The translations under genes were made by a program, and so were the position numbers. Below the pieces are notes generated by a model that was given only the letters and a program-made list of their open reading frames with translations, was not told the DNA's origin and made no database searches. This document shows, one piece after another, positions 36,887 to 45,954 of a stretch of DNA of 47,920 bases. Source of the stretch: an uncultured Bacteriovoracaceae bacterium (lineage in GTDB: Bacteria > Bdellovibrionota > Bacteriovoracia > Bacteriovoracales > Bacteriovoracaceae); NCBI GenBank assembly GCA_964012805.1, contig CAXGUD010000027.1:1-47920 (forward strand), in the 5' to 3' direction. Position 1 is the stretch's first letter; each line of letters begins with the position of its first letter.

Positions 36887-39058
36887 TTAGGTCTTTAAGT
36901 TAATTAAATAGGGCAGATCAATAATATAGCTTGTCTTCTGTCCAACAATACTTGTTACGATAATAGTTCCTCTAAGACCCATAACAGTACTTTTTACGGC
37001 GTTCATGCCTACTCCGCGACCAGAAATATCAGTAACACTTGTTTTAGTTGAAAAACCAGATACAAAAATTAAATTAATTAACTCTTTATCATCTAATTTA
37101 TTTATTTGTTCCTCTGTTTTTATTTTCCTTTCTATCGCTTTCACTTTAATAAGGTCAGGATCAATCCCCCTTCCATCATCTTCTAAAATAATCCTTACCC
37201 TCTCGTTTTCTCTCTTAAAAGATAAGTGGATCGTGGCCTTTTCAGGTTTGGCCCTTTCAATCCTTTCTTCTTTGGATTCAACTCCATGATCTATAATATT
37301 TCTAAAAAGATGAATCGAAATATTAACAAGTGAATAGTATTCTTTGGGATCTACAAGAATTTTATCTCCGCTAATCTTTACGTCTACTTCTTTCCCTTGT
37401 TCCTCAGCAAGATCCTCTAAAATCCTCTCATAGCGGTAAAATAGGGATTTAAAATCTTTCAAGATATAATTTTCGAGGACAAAGGTCTTTAGTTCCTCAA
37501 TTGATTCCACCTCATACATTTTATGATTTAATTCTATAGCATCGATAGTTTGGACCTCATCAATGATAAGCTTATTAGCCGCTTCAATAACGTTCCTATG
37601 CTTTTTAAAAAAATCTTTTAATATATTATCAATTTTTTCAAACTCTTCTCTAAATTGTGACCATAAGCTTTTTGAAATAATTGTTTCCATTTTATTTATC
37701 GTATAGGTCAAGTTCTTTTGTCCGAATTGGCCATAACGCGCTTTCAAAGTATGAAAAGTTCTAAAAATTTCTTCCTTTTCCGTTTCTAGTTCTCCCTTAA
37801 AGGGAAAGTCTGTGAAAAGCTCTGTTGTATCGTTCATCAAGTCGATAAATTCAAGAGGCCTAGAAAGGCAAAGTTTAATAAATTGAACATCCTCCCTGTC
37901 GATTTCAATTTTCTTTAATAACTCTGCTTCTTTCGTTTTATCACTAGCAACACAAATAACTTTATTAACTCTTTTATTTTCATATATAGCTCGGAATTCA
38001 AGTTGCACAATTTGTTTTTCTATTTTGTTAAAATGACTTGGGGCAAGTGCCAAAAGGTCTTTAAAAGAAATAACACCTTTCCAAACATTTTTACGCCAGT
38101 TTTTAAAATTTTCCTTCTCCTCTTCATTAAGGCGTAAAACATCATCAATACTTTTTCCTTCCGGCTCACATTGAAAAATATTTTTAGATGCCAGAGTGGC
38201 ACCATCCTGAATTAAACCCTCTTCATTAAAGATCATAAATCCCTGGCCTAAATTTTCAAGAAGGTTTTTAAGGTCCTTTCTTTGGGCATCTAATTGGTTA
38301 TTTTTCCTTTTAGTATCCTCTAAAAGTGCCTTAATTTTGTCATTAATTATATTCTGCTTTTTCATATTGAAAAAATAGTTTAAATAAATCAGTAAAAAGC
38401 TGGAGGTAATAAGAAGAACTAAAGGAAATAATATGGAAATCAAAAAACTTGTTTTTTCTATAGCATCAGAAATAGAAGCAAAGTAAAGGTGATTATTTAA
38501 CCTTATAAAGAGCATATTTTTTTTATAACTATTCCATTTATACCGGGTAAGTCCAACTAAATTATTGGCCATAAAAAGTTCTTCCTCAAAAGAACCCTTA
38601 AAATCATTTTCAAAAAATCCCCTTTTTCTTTCATGAAGCTTAATATTTCTTTCAATAAATGGTAACGTTTTCTCTTTTATATACTTTTTCTCATAAGGAT
38701 TAAGGTTTCTATACTCATCACCAAAGTCCCTCATTAAAACATCATCAATTTTTTCAGTAACTTTTCCACTCGTATTTAGTGAAATACCATCCATTGGCCA
38801 AAGAAAAATTCTATCTTTTTGATACCTATTAAAAATAGACTTTCTATCTTCTGAACTTTTTGCCATTCCAAATTTTGTGAGCCCAACTTTTGCCAAATCT
38901 TGTCTTGTTGGTTTCTTTAAATTTTCTCTAATCGTTAAAAATAAAAAGAGGCATTGAAATATGATTAAAACAAAACTGATTAAAAGAAAATTCCTTTGAA
39001 AATTTTTTCTCATTGGGTCAAAAAGAGACGGTCGATCAATCGTTTTAGTATCATGCAT
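36887..39058 (-). CDS. Membrane-anchored CheA-like kinase: 2TM-PAS-like-Hpt-HATPase, no CheW domain
   Basis: Two TMs; LLENLGQGF...SDKT PAS-like segment; Hpt FRTFHTLK; HLFRNIIDHG, DDGRG, GFST, SGRGVGM. Confidence 0.9.
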   Translation of the reverse strand: MHDTKTIDRPSLFDPMRKNFQRNFLLISFVLIIFQCLFLFLTIRENLKKPTRQDLAKVGLTKFGMAKSSEDRKSIFNRYQKDRIFLWPMDGISLNTSGKVTEKIDDVLMRDFGDEYRNLNPYEKKYIKEKTLPFIERNIKLHERKRGFFENDFKGSFEEELFMANNLVGLTRYKWNSYKKNMLFIRLNNHLYFASISDAIEKTSFLISILFPLVLLITSSFLLIYLNYFFNMKKQNIINDKIKALLEDTKRKNNQLDAQRKDLKNLLENLGQGFMIFNEEGLIQDGATLASKNIFQCEPEGKSIDDVLRLNEEEKENFKNWRKNVWKGVISFKDLLALAPSHFNKIEKQIVQLEFRAIYENKRVNKVICVASDKTKEAELLKKIEIDREDVQFIKLCLSRPLEFIDLMNDTTELFTDFPFKGELETEKEEIFRTFHTLKARYGQFGQKNLTYTINKMETIISKSLWSQFREEFEKIDNILKDFFKKHRNVIEAANKLIIDEVQTIDAIELNHKMYEVESIEELKTFVLENYILKDFKSLFYRYERILEDLAEEQGKEVDVKISGDKILVDPKEYYSLVNISIHLFRNIIDHGVESKEERIERAKPEKATIHLSFKRENERVRIILEDDGRGIDPDLIKVKAIERKIKTEEQINKLDDKELINLIFVSGFSTKTSVTDISGRGVGMNAVKSTVMGLRGTIIVTSIVGQKTSYIIDLPYLINLKT

Positions 39059-39065
39059 ACCTTAT

Positions 39066-39093
39066 CATTCGGTATTAATAAAAAAAGTATTTA
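39066..39093 (-). promoter_or_regulatory. sigma28/FliA-like promoter
   Basis: Minus strand TAAA-N16-ACCGAATG immediately upstream of the kinase ORF. Confidence 0.45.
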
Positions 39094-39178
39094 AGGTAGG
39101 TTAGTGTTTTAGTCAGAATAATAATTGCAAGAATTAAGGTGTTTTATTTTTTTTGGTAATTAATTTTTATAAATCAGG

Positions 39179-39382
39179 TCATTTTTGTCTTAATTCTTTC
39201 CTAATTAAGACAAACTTTCCATCTAGGCTTGGTCTATTAGGATCAAACCTGTACTCATAAACTATATGGCTATGAGAGGAGCTTCCAATAAACATAGAAT
39301 TAAATGCCTCAGCATCTCCAATAAACCACTTAAGGCCTAAAAAGATAATAAAAAAAAGTAAGTTAAAAAATAAAGCTTTCAA
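39179..39382 (-). CDS. Small exported or membrane-anchored hypothetical protein (67 aa)
   Basis: TTG start with GGAGG RBS; signal-peptide-like N-terminus ending AEA. Confidence 0.55.
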   Translation of the reverse strand: MKALFFNLLFFIIFLGLKWFIGDAEAFNSMFIGSSSHSHIVYEYRFDPNRPSLDGKFVLIRKELRQK

Positions 39383-39500
39383 GGTCCCTCCAAAAAATCC
39401 TAATTGCTCTAGTGTCTTTTATAATTAAAATTTATTTACTTACCGAGGATCATATTTTTAAACAATAAAAACCCCATTGTTATTTTGATTATATGAGATT

Positions 39501-39565
39501 TTGCACCATAAAAAGTGGTGAATTATTGGTGTAATAGGCCTATTTTTAGTGCAAGGTTGGTGCAA
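39501..39565. repeat. Helically phased TGGTGCAA-like repeats (candidate operator array)
   Basis: TTGCACCA 39501 (inverted), TGGTGAAT 39516, TGGTGTAA 39527, TAGTGCAA 39547, TGGTGCAA 39558, in a divergent intergenic region. Confidence 0.45.
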
Positions 39566-39802
39566 ATAAAATTTTCAATAAAGGTTATTTAAAAGATTAA
39601 CCTTAGGCTTAGCAGTCAAAAAAGAAATCAAGTAACTTAATAAAAAATTAGGAAAAAGTGGAGGTAAGTGGCTTACCAATTATTTGGTTAAGCATCATTT
39701 AAATTTGCTTATTTTGGTGGAGAAAAAATTCATATAATGAGAGAGGATAAAGAGCTACCTTTTTTTATCAAAAGTATTCAAATTGGAAACAAAACCTAAA
39801 AA

Positions 39803-40498
39803 GTGTTAACCTATAAAAAGTTAAAATCCCTAAGGAGTTTTTCTATAACAACAACATTTCGAATTTTTTCTTTCGCCCTCAATTTACTAATATGGTGTTG
39901 GTTTTTCAGCGATGGTCCCCACAGTCTTGGACTTGACCCACATCCTGAATCATGGGGTGGTCGTTGGCGCTTTCTTACCTTTTGGGGCCTAAGTATAAAC
40001 CTGATCATGACAGGAGGTGCATTACTTTCTGAATTTAAGTTAGTAAAGTTTCCTACTTGGTTTTGCACACACGCCGTCATTCACTCAACAGTTGTCATAA
40101 TTCTTTATTGGAGTCTAGTAGCAATTGACCCTCATTTAGTTCGGGTCCCGGGTCGGTACCTTCCTTGGTATATCGAGTACCACGTCCATCTTTTGTCTGG
40201 CATTTTATGCTACTTTGAAGCCTTTAAGTTGACTGGATGTTTTAAAGAATTAAAAAAAGACCTCATTATGATTAACGTTATGAATGCAGCATATATAAGT
40301 TGGATAGAGTTTGTCATATTCCCTTTGAGTGGACATCCATGCAACAAGGCCAAAACTGTTTGCGGCTTCCCCTATCCTTTTCTAAATGAAATACCAACTT
40401 CTGAGCGAATAGGCCTTTATGTTTTTTCCACCGTTTTTGTTTTAATGTTTTATTTTTTTATTAGAAAAACAATTCTTCATTTTAAAAATACAACTTAA
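39803..40498 (+). CDS. FAR-17a/AIG1/ADTRP-like membrane protein (putative Thr-His lipid hydrolase)
   Basis: WGGRWRFLTFW (AIG1-type GGRWKYLT motif with nucleophile Thr), LYW, YHVH, AYISW, PYPFL; about 6 TMs. Confidence 0.8.
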   Translation: MLTYKKLKSLRSFSITTTFRIFSFALNLLIWCWFFSDGPHSLGLDPHPESWGGRWRFLTFWGLSINLIMTGGALLSEFKLVKFPTWFCTHAVIHSTVVIILYWSLVAIDPHLVRVPGRYLPWYIEYHVHLLSGILCYFEAFKLTGCFKELKKDLIMINVMNAAYISWIEFVIFPLSGHPCNKAKTVCGFPYPFLNEIPTSERIGLYVFSTVFVLMFYFFIRKTILHFKNTT

Positions 40499-40532
40499 TT
40501 CCTGTAATTTTTAAATCGCAGAAGGAATTTAT

Positions 40533-41192
40533 ATGAATAACCGTCGTTTTTTTTTAAAAAATTTTAGTTTGTTAACTCTTACAGGTTTTACTTCTTCCCA
40601 CTTATTGGAAGCCGCAAATACATGTAAAAATAAATTAACCCCTAAACAATCACTTGGCCCTTTTTATCCAGAAAAATTCAAATTAGAAAAAGATGCCGAT
40701 TTAACTCAATTAAGAGGTCACAAACAAAAAGCAAAAGGTCGATTGGTCCATATTTCAGGAAATGTTCAAGACGAATTTTGCAAACCAATTGTAAATGCTA
40801 TCGTTGAAGTTTGGCAGGCCTGTTATTCTGGTAGATACAATCACCCCTCTGATACTTCAGAAGAAGCTTTAGACCCACATTTTCAATATTATGCGATGAT
40901 GAAAACAGATTCTAAAGGAAAGTACTCTTTCAAAACTATAGTCCCCGGTGCTTATAAGGCAAGTCCAAATTGGATGAGGCCTCCTCATATTCATTACAAA
41001 GTAAGTTTGAGAGGTTATCAAAGCCTAGTCACGCAACTCTACTTTTCAGGTGAAAAATTTAACCGTGAAGATGGTATCTTAAACAGTTTAACTTTAGAAG
41101 AAAGGAAAAAGGTTATTGTTGATTTCAAAAAGGACAATAAGGGAGTATTAAAAGGGAACTTTAATATTTTTTTAAAAAAACATTCGCTTTAA
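40533..41192 (+). CDS. Tat-exported intradiol ring-cleavage dioxygenase (protocatechuate 3,4-dioxygenase-like)
   Basis: NRRFFLK twin-arginine signal; GPFYP, VEVWQA, GRY, PGAY, RPPHIH (Tyr, Tyr, His, His iron ligands), TQLYF. Confidence 0.9.
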   Translation: MNNRRFFLKNFSLLTLTGFTSSHLLEAANTCKNKLTPKQSLGPFYPEKFKLEKDADLTQLRGHKQKAKGRLVHISGNVQDEFCKPIVNAIVEVWQACYSGRYNHPSDTSEEALDPHFQYYAMMKTDSKGKYSFKTIVPGAYKASPNWMRPPHIHYKVSLRGYQSLVTQLYFSGEKFNREDGILNSLTLEERKKVIVDFKKDNKGVLKGNFNIFLKKHSL

Positions 41193-41209
41193 TTTAAATT
41201 TTTTTCTCG

Positions 41210-41236
41210 TAACAAGCCTTTCAAAAAAGCCGATAA
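41210..41236 (+). promoter_or_regulatory. sigma28/FliA-like promoter
   Basis: TAAC-N15-GCCGATAA (perfect -10), 44 nt upstream of ATG 41281. Confidence 0.55.
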
Positions 41237-41280
41237 TTCAATACAAATTTAGTTAAATTAACTTAATAAGGTAATAAAAG

Positions 41281-42375
41281 ATGTTGAAATACTTGACATG
41301 GAAAAACCTTTTAAACGAACTAAAAACAAAAGGTAGTTTTCTTCTTCCTTTAAGATTATTTTTAGGCCTTGGTTGGTTAAGAGCCGGTATGGCCAAATTG
41401 ACTAAGCCAGCATGGTATAACGGTGAAGCTTTACAAAAGTTTCTAACGGACCACATAGACAAAGGTGATATCATATTTCCTCATTATGAATTTTTAATTA
41501 ATAATTTATTCTTACCAAATGCTTTCATTTTGGCTTGGATTATTATTGTAGGTCAGATTTTATGTGGCGTAGGCATTTTGCTTGGTGCGTTCTCAAATAT
41601 TGCCCTTATGATGGGAATCATAATGAATCTAAATTTCATACTTGCTGGGGCACCAAATCCTTCAGCTTTTTATGTGGTTATTCAAATAGTTCTTTTATTA
41701 TCCAATACTGGAGCCATTTTAGGTTTAGATAAATTACTTTCCCATAAAATTCATTATGCTTTTTTAGTTGCACAGCCTGAGCATAAGACGATTAGACCTG
41801 CTTCCGAAAGATATTTTTTCTTGACCCTTGTTTTTATTACTTTTTTCAGCGCAATTTATTCAGGTTTTTTTATTAAAGACTTTAATCCAAATAGTATTCA
41901 TGATGTAGGAATGATTTTATTTGTATTAGGGTTCATAAGCTCAGCAGCATTTTTCATAAAATATTGCTACCTCATTCAACATAAAATCAAATTTCTAGTT
42001 GTCGATGATGAGAGTAATGCTGTGGATGTTATGGAGGATTATGTAAATGAAAACTTTGAAATTGAAGTGGTAAAAGCAACAACAATTTCAGAAGCTCAAG
42101 AAAGATTAGTAAAAGATCCAAATATTGTTTTAATTATTTCAGATTATAATATGGGAAAAAATAATGAAGACCGAGATGGTGGAGATTTATATTTGTTTAA
42201 TAAGGGATATAAGAACCTCCCTTTCCTTTTATTTTCTGCAGAAAAAGTCGGAGACCATGAAAAATTAACTAGCTTTTATGATGACAATATTCATAACCAT
42301 CCTATTGGAAAGCCTTTTGATAAAGACAAAACAAAAGAATGCATTGAGGACATACTGGTTTATTATTGGGTATAA
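41281..42375 (+). CDS. DoxX/DoxD-family membrane protein fused to a C-terminal receiver domain
   Basis: PLRLFLGLGWLRAG..K, NLNFILAG, GLD (DoxX); then FLVVDDE, IISDYNM, FSA, GKPF (receiver). Confidence 0.85.
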   Translation: MLKYLTWKNLLNELKTKGSFLLPLRLFLGLGWLRAGMAKLTKPAWYNGEALQKFLTDHIDKGDIIFPHYEFLINNLFLPNAFILAWIIIVGQILCGVGILLGAFSNIALMMGIIMNLNFILAGAPNPSAFYVVIQIVLLLSNTGAILGLDKLLSHKIHYAFLVAQPEHKTIRPASERYFFLTLVFITFFSAIYSGFFIKDFNPNSIHDVGMILFVLGFISSAAFFIKYCYLIQHKIKFLVVDDESNAVDVMEDYVNENFEIEVVKATTISEAQERLVKDPNIVLIISDYNMGKNNEDRDGGDLYLFNKGYKNLPFLLFSAEKVGDHEKLTSFYDDNIHNHPIGKPFDKDKTKECIEDILVYYWV

Positions 42376-42447
42376 AACACCAAATTTTTAAAAATGCTCC
42401 TATAACTATATAGTGTTAAGTCCTTTTTTTTATACTATAATACTTTA

Positions 42448-43065
42448 ATGTTATTATCTTTTTGGGAAGGATTCATTTTACAAGGAAGTCTTATTTTGGC
42501 CTTCGGGGCCCAAAACCTTTTCGTTCTTGAATCTGGCTTAAAAAAAGACAACCAATTTATCGTTGCGTTTGTTTGTACACTTTGTGACTTTCTTTTAATA
42601 CTAATTGGCCTCTTGGGGTTTAGTTTTTTGTTCGATCAATACCCAGAAGTCAAATTCATTTTTGGAGCATTGGGAACTATTTTTCTAACAGTAACAGGTT
42701 TGAATAAAATTTTTTCCAAACAAAATATAGGTCAAACTAAAGTTAATAGAACTCCGCTAAAATCACCCAAATTGAATACGGTATTAAAAACCCTGGCCTT
42801 TAGCCTCCTAAATCCTCTTGTGTATGTAGATACGGTTTTTTTAATAGGAGGCACAGGGGCAAGAATAGAACATATAAACTCAAAAATATCATTTTGGCTG
42901 GGGGCATCTTTACTTTCCTGCCTATGGTTTTTTGGCCTATCTTATCTTTCAAGCCAATTAAATTTACTTAGATTAAGGCCCGACTTTTTAGAGAAAATTT
43001 CAAAAGCCTCAGGTTTTTTACTTATTATTTTTGCTGTAAAGATGGCCGCTCTTTCTTTTTTATAA
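42448..43065 (+). CDS. LysE/ArgO amino-acid exporter
   Basis: LILAFGAQNLFVL, CD, SLLNPLVYVDT, WF. Confidence 0.92.
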   Translation: MLLSFWEGFILQGSLILAFGAQNLFVLESGLKKDNQFIVAFVCTLCDFLLILIGLLGFSFLFDQYPEVKFIFGALGTIFLTVTGLNKIFSKQNIGQTKVNRTPLKSPKLNTVLKTLAFSLLNPLVYVDTVFLIGGTGARIEHINSKISFWLGASLLSCLWFFGLSYLSSQLNLLRLRPDFLEKISKASGFLLIIFAVKMAALSFL

Positions 43066-44595
43066 TTAGGATGCCTTTTTATCAGAAAAAGCGTATGGAA
43101 CAATTTTTTGTAAGAACTTTATAAATTTGATATTATCCTTGCCCACTGGTAATGCATCTTCTTGTTTAAGCTCGTTATAAAAAATTTCCTCGATAAGCCT
43201 TTCGAGGGTGCCAATTAAACTTTCAAATTCTTTATTAGAGTCATCATTATTTATTTCAAAATACGCAAGGCTTGTAACAATACTTTTCACAAAGTCTAAT
43301 AAAATTGGATCAAGATTAGGAACAATATGTGAATCGTCATCTAACTTATTTCCACTTCTATCTAAAAGGCGCTTTAATACTTTTATTATGTTATTAAAGT
43401 AATCTTTATTACTGATTATGAAATGATGTTCAATTGAAACACCAAATTTAAAAACACGACTTTCAATTTCAGCTTTTTTTTCTAAAATATTTTTATAGGG
43501 TTCTATTAAGTTATGCTTGATAATTGATTCATCAAGTTTTTCTCTTTCTGGCATTAATTTTACTAAATTTGAAAGCCTACCATAATATTGAGCTATTTTA
43601 TCCTCACCTATTCCTTTCAAAAGAAAAAATATAAGCCTCGATCTCTGTTGGATTAGATATATGGACCTCTCAAAGTCCGGGTAAAGCTTAGCAAGATGAA
43701 GAACCTTCCCTATTTTTTCCTGGTTAATACTTTTTACATTGCGCACCCAAAAAACATATTCAAATAAGTTATTAAATTGAGTTTCAAGATGCTTTATTTT
43801 TTCCATAATGAAATCAACAGATTTAAAATTTGCTTTAAATTTAATTTTAAAGAACAGAGATCCTGTAGTTTTATATTGGAAAAGAGTATCCAAAATATCA
43901 CATATAATATTTGTGGCTTCAATTTGAGGGTCAATTTTTATATTTCTTTCCTCAATATCAATAATTTCCCAACATCTTTTTTTAAATATACCGACTAACA
44001 AATGAAGTTCCTTCAAGTCATTCTTTACTTCATTAATAAATTTAATTAATTTTTCCTCAAAGTATTTTGCCTTGTATGTATCTGAAAGAGGTGAAACAAA
44101 GTCTTCAAGAATAGAAAAAGCCTGGTCTGTGGTATTTTGCAAACCTCTTGCGAGTTCTTTTTTATTATCTATATTTCCAACTTCTTTTAAAAAATCAAAA
44201 TTTAAAACGCTATCTGAAGACTTGATATAATATCCCTCCGAATCGCTCACATCCTCAACGATACAAAGAACTTTATCAACAAGGTTATTTTTATTCAAAA
44301 TCGGTGAGTAGGAAAGCTTTAGTGTCATAACACTTTTTTTATCTTTAGAGGGCAAATGAATTTTTTTAGGAAGACCTCCTGAAAGGGCAAAAAACTGAAT
44401 CTCATCCTGATCAAAAACCATAGATAGACAAGAGCTAAGATCACTGTAGACTTTAGTTCCTTTTCTTATATTATAAAAAAGAAAATCATATATATTATAA
44501 CCAGTAATATCGAACCCAAAAACATTTTTTGATTTCTCAGAAACTGGATAAAGAACTTTGAAGTTTTTTCCTATAGCAAAAACACCTGAATTCAT
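43066..44595 (-). CDS. Cytoplasmic PAS + pseudo-Hpt part of a third paralog of 21907/24343; 3' part of a frameshifted gene
   Basis: GVFAIG...PVS...LSYSP...VEDV, LEDFVSPLSDTY, DPQIEA, NLFEY, KLYPDF, QQRSRLI. Its frame extends upstream as SIEKRTKEIKDLLDNM, overlapping the end of 44601..45428. Confidence 0.8.
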   Translation of the reverse strand: MNSGVFAIGKNFKVLYPVSEKSKNVFGFDITGYNIYDFLFYNIRKGTKVYSDLSSCLSMVFDQDEIQFFALSGGLPKKIHLPSKDKKSVMTLKLSYSPILNKNNLVDKVLCIVEDVSDSEGYYIKSSDSVLNFDFLKEVGNIDNKKELARGLQNTTDQAFSILEDFVSPLSDTYKAKYFEEKLIKFINEVKNDLKELHLLVGIFKKRCWEIIDIEERNIKIDPQIEATNIICDILDTLFQYKTTGSLFFKIKFKANFKSVDFIMEKIKHLETQFNNLFEYVFWVRNVKSINQEKIGKVLHLAKLYPDFERSIYLIQQRSRLIFFLLKGIGEDKIAQYYGRLSNLVKLMPEREKLDESIIKHNLIEPYKNILEKKAEIESRVFKFGVSIEHHFIISNKDYFNNIIKVLKRLLDRSGNKLDDDSHIVPNLDPILLDFVKSIVTSLAYFEINNDDSNKEFESLIGTLERLIEEIFYNELKQEDALPVGKDNIKFIKFLQKIVPYAFSDKKAS

Positions 44596-44600
44596 ATTAT

Positions 44601-45428
44601 CTAATAGGTCTTTAATCTCTTTTGTTCTTTTTTCAATACTTTTTCCAATCCGTAGCGAACATCTTCCAAAAGATTGGATAGATCTTTCTCTTCCTTTAAC
44701 TCATGTTCCATTCCTATTTTTATTTTATTAAGAGGAGCCATTCCCAGGATTAAAAAATGAATTGTCACCCCTGCAAAAATTAATTCGACGTCAAATAAAA
44801 AACTAGAAAAAAGTCCTATAATTAAAAAAGAAAAAGCATGAATTAATATTTTTAAGTTATTAAATTTTTTCTTTTGAAAAAATATTAAAGATATAAAAAA
44901 ACATATAAAAAAGATGCACAAGTAAAGCATATGTATCGAGTATTTAGTCAAAAAAGGCGAAATTAAAAGGAAGCTACCTAAACTGTAAATTAAATAATTT
45001 GAAAAATTATTTAAACTCAGACTCTTTTCTCTAAAGTCAAAAAGATCTTTAATGAAGTAAAAATATAAAATTGAAGTTATTAATATTGATAGAGAAAATA
45101 CTACTTTTGATAAATTAATATTAATTTCACTAAACCAAAAGAAACTGCTAAAAGTCCAAAATATTATAACACCTATGTAAATTAAATAACTTTTTGACCT
45201 TATGTAAAAGTAAAGGACCAGATTATTTAAAAATAAAATAAAAAAGCCAGACAAGAGAGTAAGGTAAGAGTTGTTATTAAACCCTATTTTCTGAAACTTT
45301 ATATTTCTCGAAAAACCTGAACTAAATTGAAAATTTTTTTTTGCTTCAAAAACAGAAGCATTTAATTCTAAAAAGGAACTAAAAAGAAAAATAGTTAATA
45401 GTAAATATAAGTAGTTTCTTGGCTTCAT
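44601..45428 (-). CDS. 7TM-DISM-like membrane sensor domain; 5' part of a frameshifted gene
   Basis: Signal/TM then about 7 TMs with NNLVLYFYIRSKSYLIY (7TMR-DISM_7TM-like); ends in a coiled coil that continues in the -1 frame into 43066..44595. Confidence 0.7.
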   Translation of the reverse strand: MKPRNYLYLLLTIFLFSSFLELNASVFEAKKNFQFSSGFSRNIKFQKIGFNNNSYLTLLSGFFILFLNNLVLYFYIRSKSYLIYIGVIIFWTFSSFFWFSEININLSKVVFSLSILITSILYFYFIKDLFDFREKSLSLNNFSNYLIYSLGSFLLISPFLTKYSIHMLYLCIFFICFFISLIFFQKKKFNNLKILIHAFSFLIIGLFSSFLFDVELIFAGVTIHFLILGMAPLNKIKIGMEHELKEEKDLSNLLEDVRYGLEKVLKKEQKRLKTY

Positions 45429-45574
45429 AATTTATTCATAACTTATCGACTGTAAAGATTGAAAATAAAATAATTTCAATTATTTGTTATGAATAAAAAC
45501 AGTTTTAAAGTCTAAATAAAACCTTCAAAATATCCGATTCAACAGTTTTATTCTTTAGCAAAGGAACCTATCAA

Positions 45575-45856
45575 TTGAAAAAAGACCACCCCTTTAGTGA
45601 GGAGTTACTTGAAAAAATATACCTTTCTAAAGTACTGTTTCTTTATATTTCAAAAAAGGGAACAATATTAGCTTCTCCAACAATTACGGGCCATATTAAC
45701 GCTCTAGATATCGATTTATGGGATCAATTAGTCGCAAAGGAGTCCAGAAAAGAGGGTCTTCTCAAATTTATAGAATATATGGTTCTTCAAAACTTCGAAT
45801 GCGATTATAGGGAGGAGGAAGAAAATATCACTCTTACACTTCAGCCAAAAAATTAA
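45575..45856 (+). CDS. Small hypothetical protein (93 aa)
   Basis: TTG start with AAGGA RBS; TAAA-N16-TCCGATTC at 45513-45540 upstream. Confidence 0.6.
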   Translation: MKKDHPFSEELLEKIYLSKVLFLYISKKGTILASPTITGHINALDIDLWDQLVAKESRKEGLLKFIEYMVLQNFECDYREEEENITLTLQPKN

Positions 45857-45954
45857 TTTTTTTCATCTTCGCAAAATTAAAATAAATAATTTTCTACTTT
45901 AAAAATATGATTCGATAAAAATTAAGGGTCATCATAAAATTCATATCAAATACC

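Noticed and set aside
39501..39522. Canonical NtrC box
   Set aside because: Half-sites are separated by 7 nt rather than 3, and I found no sigma54 element downstream; kept only as an unassigned repeat.
1575..43998. Numerous 60-127 aa antisense or alternate-frame ORFs (e.g. 7305, 7686, 11175, 18254, 20354, 22335, 24777, 37005, 39811)
   Set aside because: They lie within or opposite well-supported genes and have no motifs. Similarity between 22335 and 24777 only mirrors their paralogous host genes.
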